From the NCBI GenBank assembly GCA_045863295.1, contig BTWA01000027.1, forward strand, positions 25,025 to 89,024: DNA of 64,000 bases. Direction: 5' to 3'. A program made the translations under genes and the position numbers. Below the pieces are notes generated by a model, which had not been told where the DNA came from, ran no database searches, and worked only from the letters and a program-made list of their open reading frames with translations. Shown in pieces: positions 62,667-64,000 of the stretch. Origin of the DNA: Candidatus Hydrogenedentota bacterium (GTDB taxonomy: Bacteria; Hydrogenedentota; Hydrogenedentia; Hydrogenedentales; SLHB01). How positions within the stretch are numbered: position 1 is the stretch's first letter; every line of letters starts with the position of its first letter.

Positions 62667-63400
62667 ATGGCGACATTCGAACGACATGGCTTGAATCGGG
62701 CTTGGGAGCCGTGTTGTCCGCGGTTTTGAAAGTTCCTGCCGAACCCCCGAGGTTGCCTGCGCGAAGTAGCGAGCAGGTCGTTACTACCCATCCTTCGCCC
62801 GGTTTCCTGCATTATTCACTGCTCGGATTGTGGATTGTTTCCGCCATATTCGTGCTTGGATTGGTTCTGCTCAGCGTGATTGTCGCGATTGAAGAGCCAG
62901 CTATTGCCGCGCTGGTGCTCGTGGGGGGCGGCAGCCTGCTCGCATGCTTTGTCATAATCCTGTACCTCTTGACTTACGTTGTCTATTGCACAACATGGTA
63001 TGTCATCACCGATCGAAGTGTGCGAATACGGACTGGCGTGCTGACAATTCTGGAAACAACTATTACCTTTGAAAACGTGCAAAACGTTTCGGTAAGCCAA
63101 GGACCCCTTCAGCGCATCTACGGAATAGCCGATGTGCAGATAGACACGGCAGGGGGTGGGGGAGGGGCAGCGGCACAAGGCGGACAACCGACCCTGCAGA
63201 ATATGCACAAGGGCGTCATCCGAGGTGTTTCAAACGCTCCGGAATTGAGGGATTTAATAGTGAAACGAATGAAGCATTCGCGTACAAGCGGGCTCGGCGA
63301 TGATCGCAAGAAACTCGTTCGATCGGAGGGACTCAACGGAAGAGAATATATTGCCGCGCTACACGAAATTCGAGATGCGCTGCAAAGCCTGGCTCGATAG
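62663..63400 (+). CDS. Bacterial PH (bPH_2) domain membrane protein
   Basis: Two TMs, 'FENVQNVSVSQGPLQRIYGIADVQIDTAG'. Confidence 0.8.
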   Translation: MNGDIRTTWLESGLGAVLSAVLKVPAEPPRLPARSSEQVVTTHPSPGFLHYSLLGLWIVSAIFVLGLVLLSVIVAIEEPAIAALVLVGGGSLLACFVIILYLLTYVVYCTTWYVITDRSVRIRTGVLTILETTITFENVQNVSVSQGPLQRIYGIADVQIDTAGGGGGAAAQGGQPTLQNMHKGVIRGVSNAPELRDLIVKRMKHSRTSGLGDDRKKLVRSEGLNGREYIAALHEIRDALQSLAR

Positions 63401-63403
63401 CGC

Positions 63404-64000
63404 ATGATGCGCCAGAGAACTGCAAAGCGGGTTGTATGGCTGTTGATCCTGGGATTCTGTCTCTCGGCAGGAACGGCCGTCTACATGCGCTACCTGGCCA
63501 CGTTTCGATTTTGGTTTCCCAACCCTGTTGGAAGCGGTCCGGCTGGGCCCGAAGTGCTAGGTGAAAAGTTCCAACAGGTTTGGCGAGAAGGACCGGTGAA
63601 ACTCCTGGGAATCGGCGATAGCATAACTGCAGGTTTTGGCGCCTCCCCAGGACATTCATACTTTGAACGGCTACTGAAAAGTCCACCAGGAGATGCCTCC
63701 GATTTGTCCGGTGTTCACCTTCATGCCGTATTTCCTGATCTTTCAGTCGAAAACCGTGCAATTTCAGGTTCGAATTCCATCGAGCATTGGGAAGAACAAA
63801 TCTCCACCTTGGAGACGGCCGATCCCGCGGTCTTGGGAGTAGTCGTTATGACAACGGGCGGCAATGACCTCATCCATTGGTACGGGCGCGGCACTCCAAA
63901 GGAAGGCGCAATGTATGGAGTTACTTGGGAAGATGCCCAGCCCTGGATAGATCAATTTGAAGTCCGCTTGGCGTCAATGGTCACCCGAATACATGACTCG
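63404..64000 (+). CDS. SGNH/GDSL hydrolase (runs off the window end)
   Basis: Hand translation from ATG 63404: N-terminal TM, GIGDSITAG, NRAISG, GGNDL blocks. Confidence 0.82.
   Translation, partial: MMRQRTAKRVVWLLILGFCLSAGTAVYMRYLATFRFWFPNPVGSGPAGPEVLGEKFQQVWREGPVKLLGIGDSITAGFGASPGHSYFERLLKSPPGDASDLSGVHLHAVFPDLSVENRAISGSNSIEHWEEQISTLETADPAVLGVVVMTTGGNDLIHWYGRGTPKEGAMYGVTWEDAQPWIDQFEVRLASMVTRIHDS

Noticed and set aside
1..64000. tRNA, rRNA, transposase or integrase genes
   Set aside because: None recognised by eye or in the ORF track

Overview
A moderately GC-rich bacterial chromosomal segment, mostly housekeeping and carbohydrate genes (tsaB-rimI, coaE, folK-panB-panC-panD-gltX-ROK kinase-hisH-hisF, purH(N-terminal domain only)-purD, purC-purF, tldD, ferritin, glycoside hydrolases, sulfatase, several signalling proteins). 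Three features stand out. (1) A complete type II-C CRISPR-Cas locus (13705-21345): 40 repeats/39 spacers, cas2, cas1, cas9 and a clear tracrRNA; every repeat contains a sigma70-like -35/-10 pair, and the tracrRNA and cas9 promoters overlap back-to-back. (2) A sigma54 nitrogen module: a GAF-AAA+-HTH NifA-like activator, then an apparently catalytically dead paralog with a near-identical DNA-recognition helix and its own sigma54 promoter, then a sigma54-driven amtB-PII operon; a CTAC-N6-GTAG-like palindrome recurs in all three upstream regions. (3) Two unlinked small ORFs (39 and 64 aa) sharing an N-terminal MKH-x-[RK]-x-[MI]-[ST]-K leader, one with its own promoter, RBS and terminator. All calls come from reading the sequence and recognising motifs; no database searches were run, and many start codons are best estimates.
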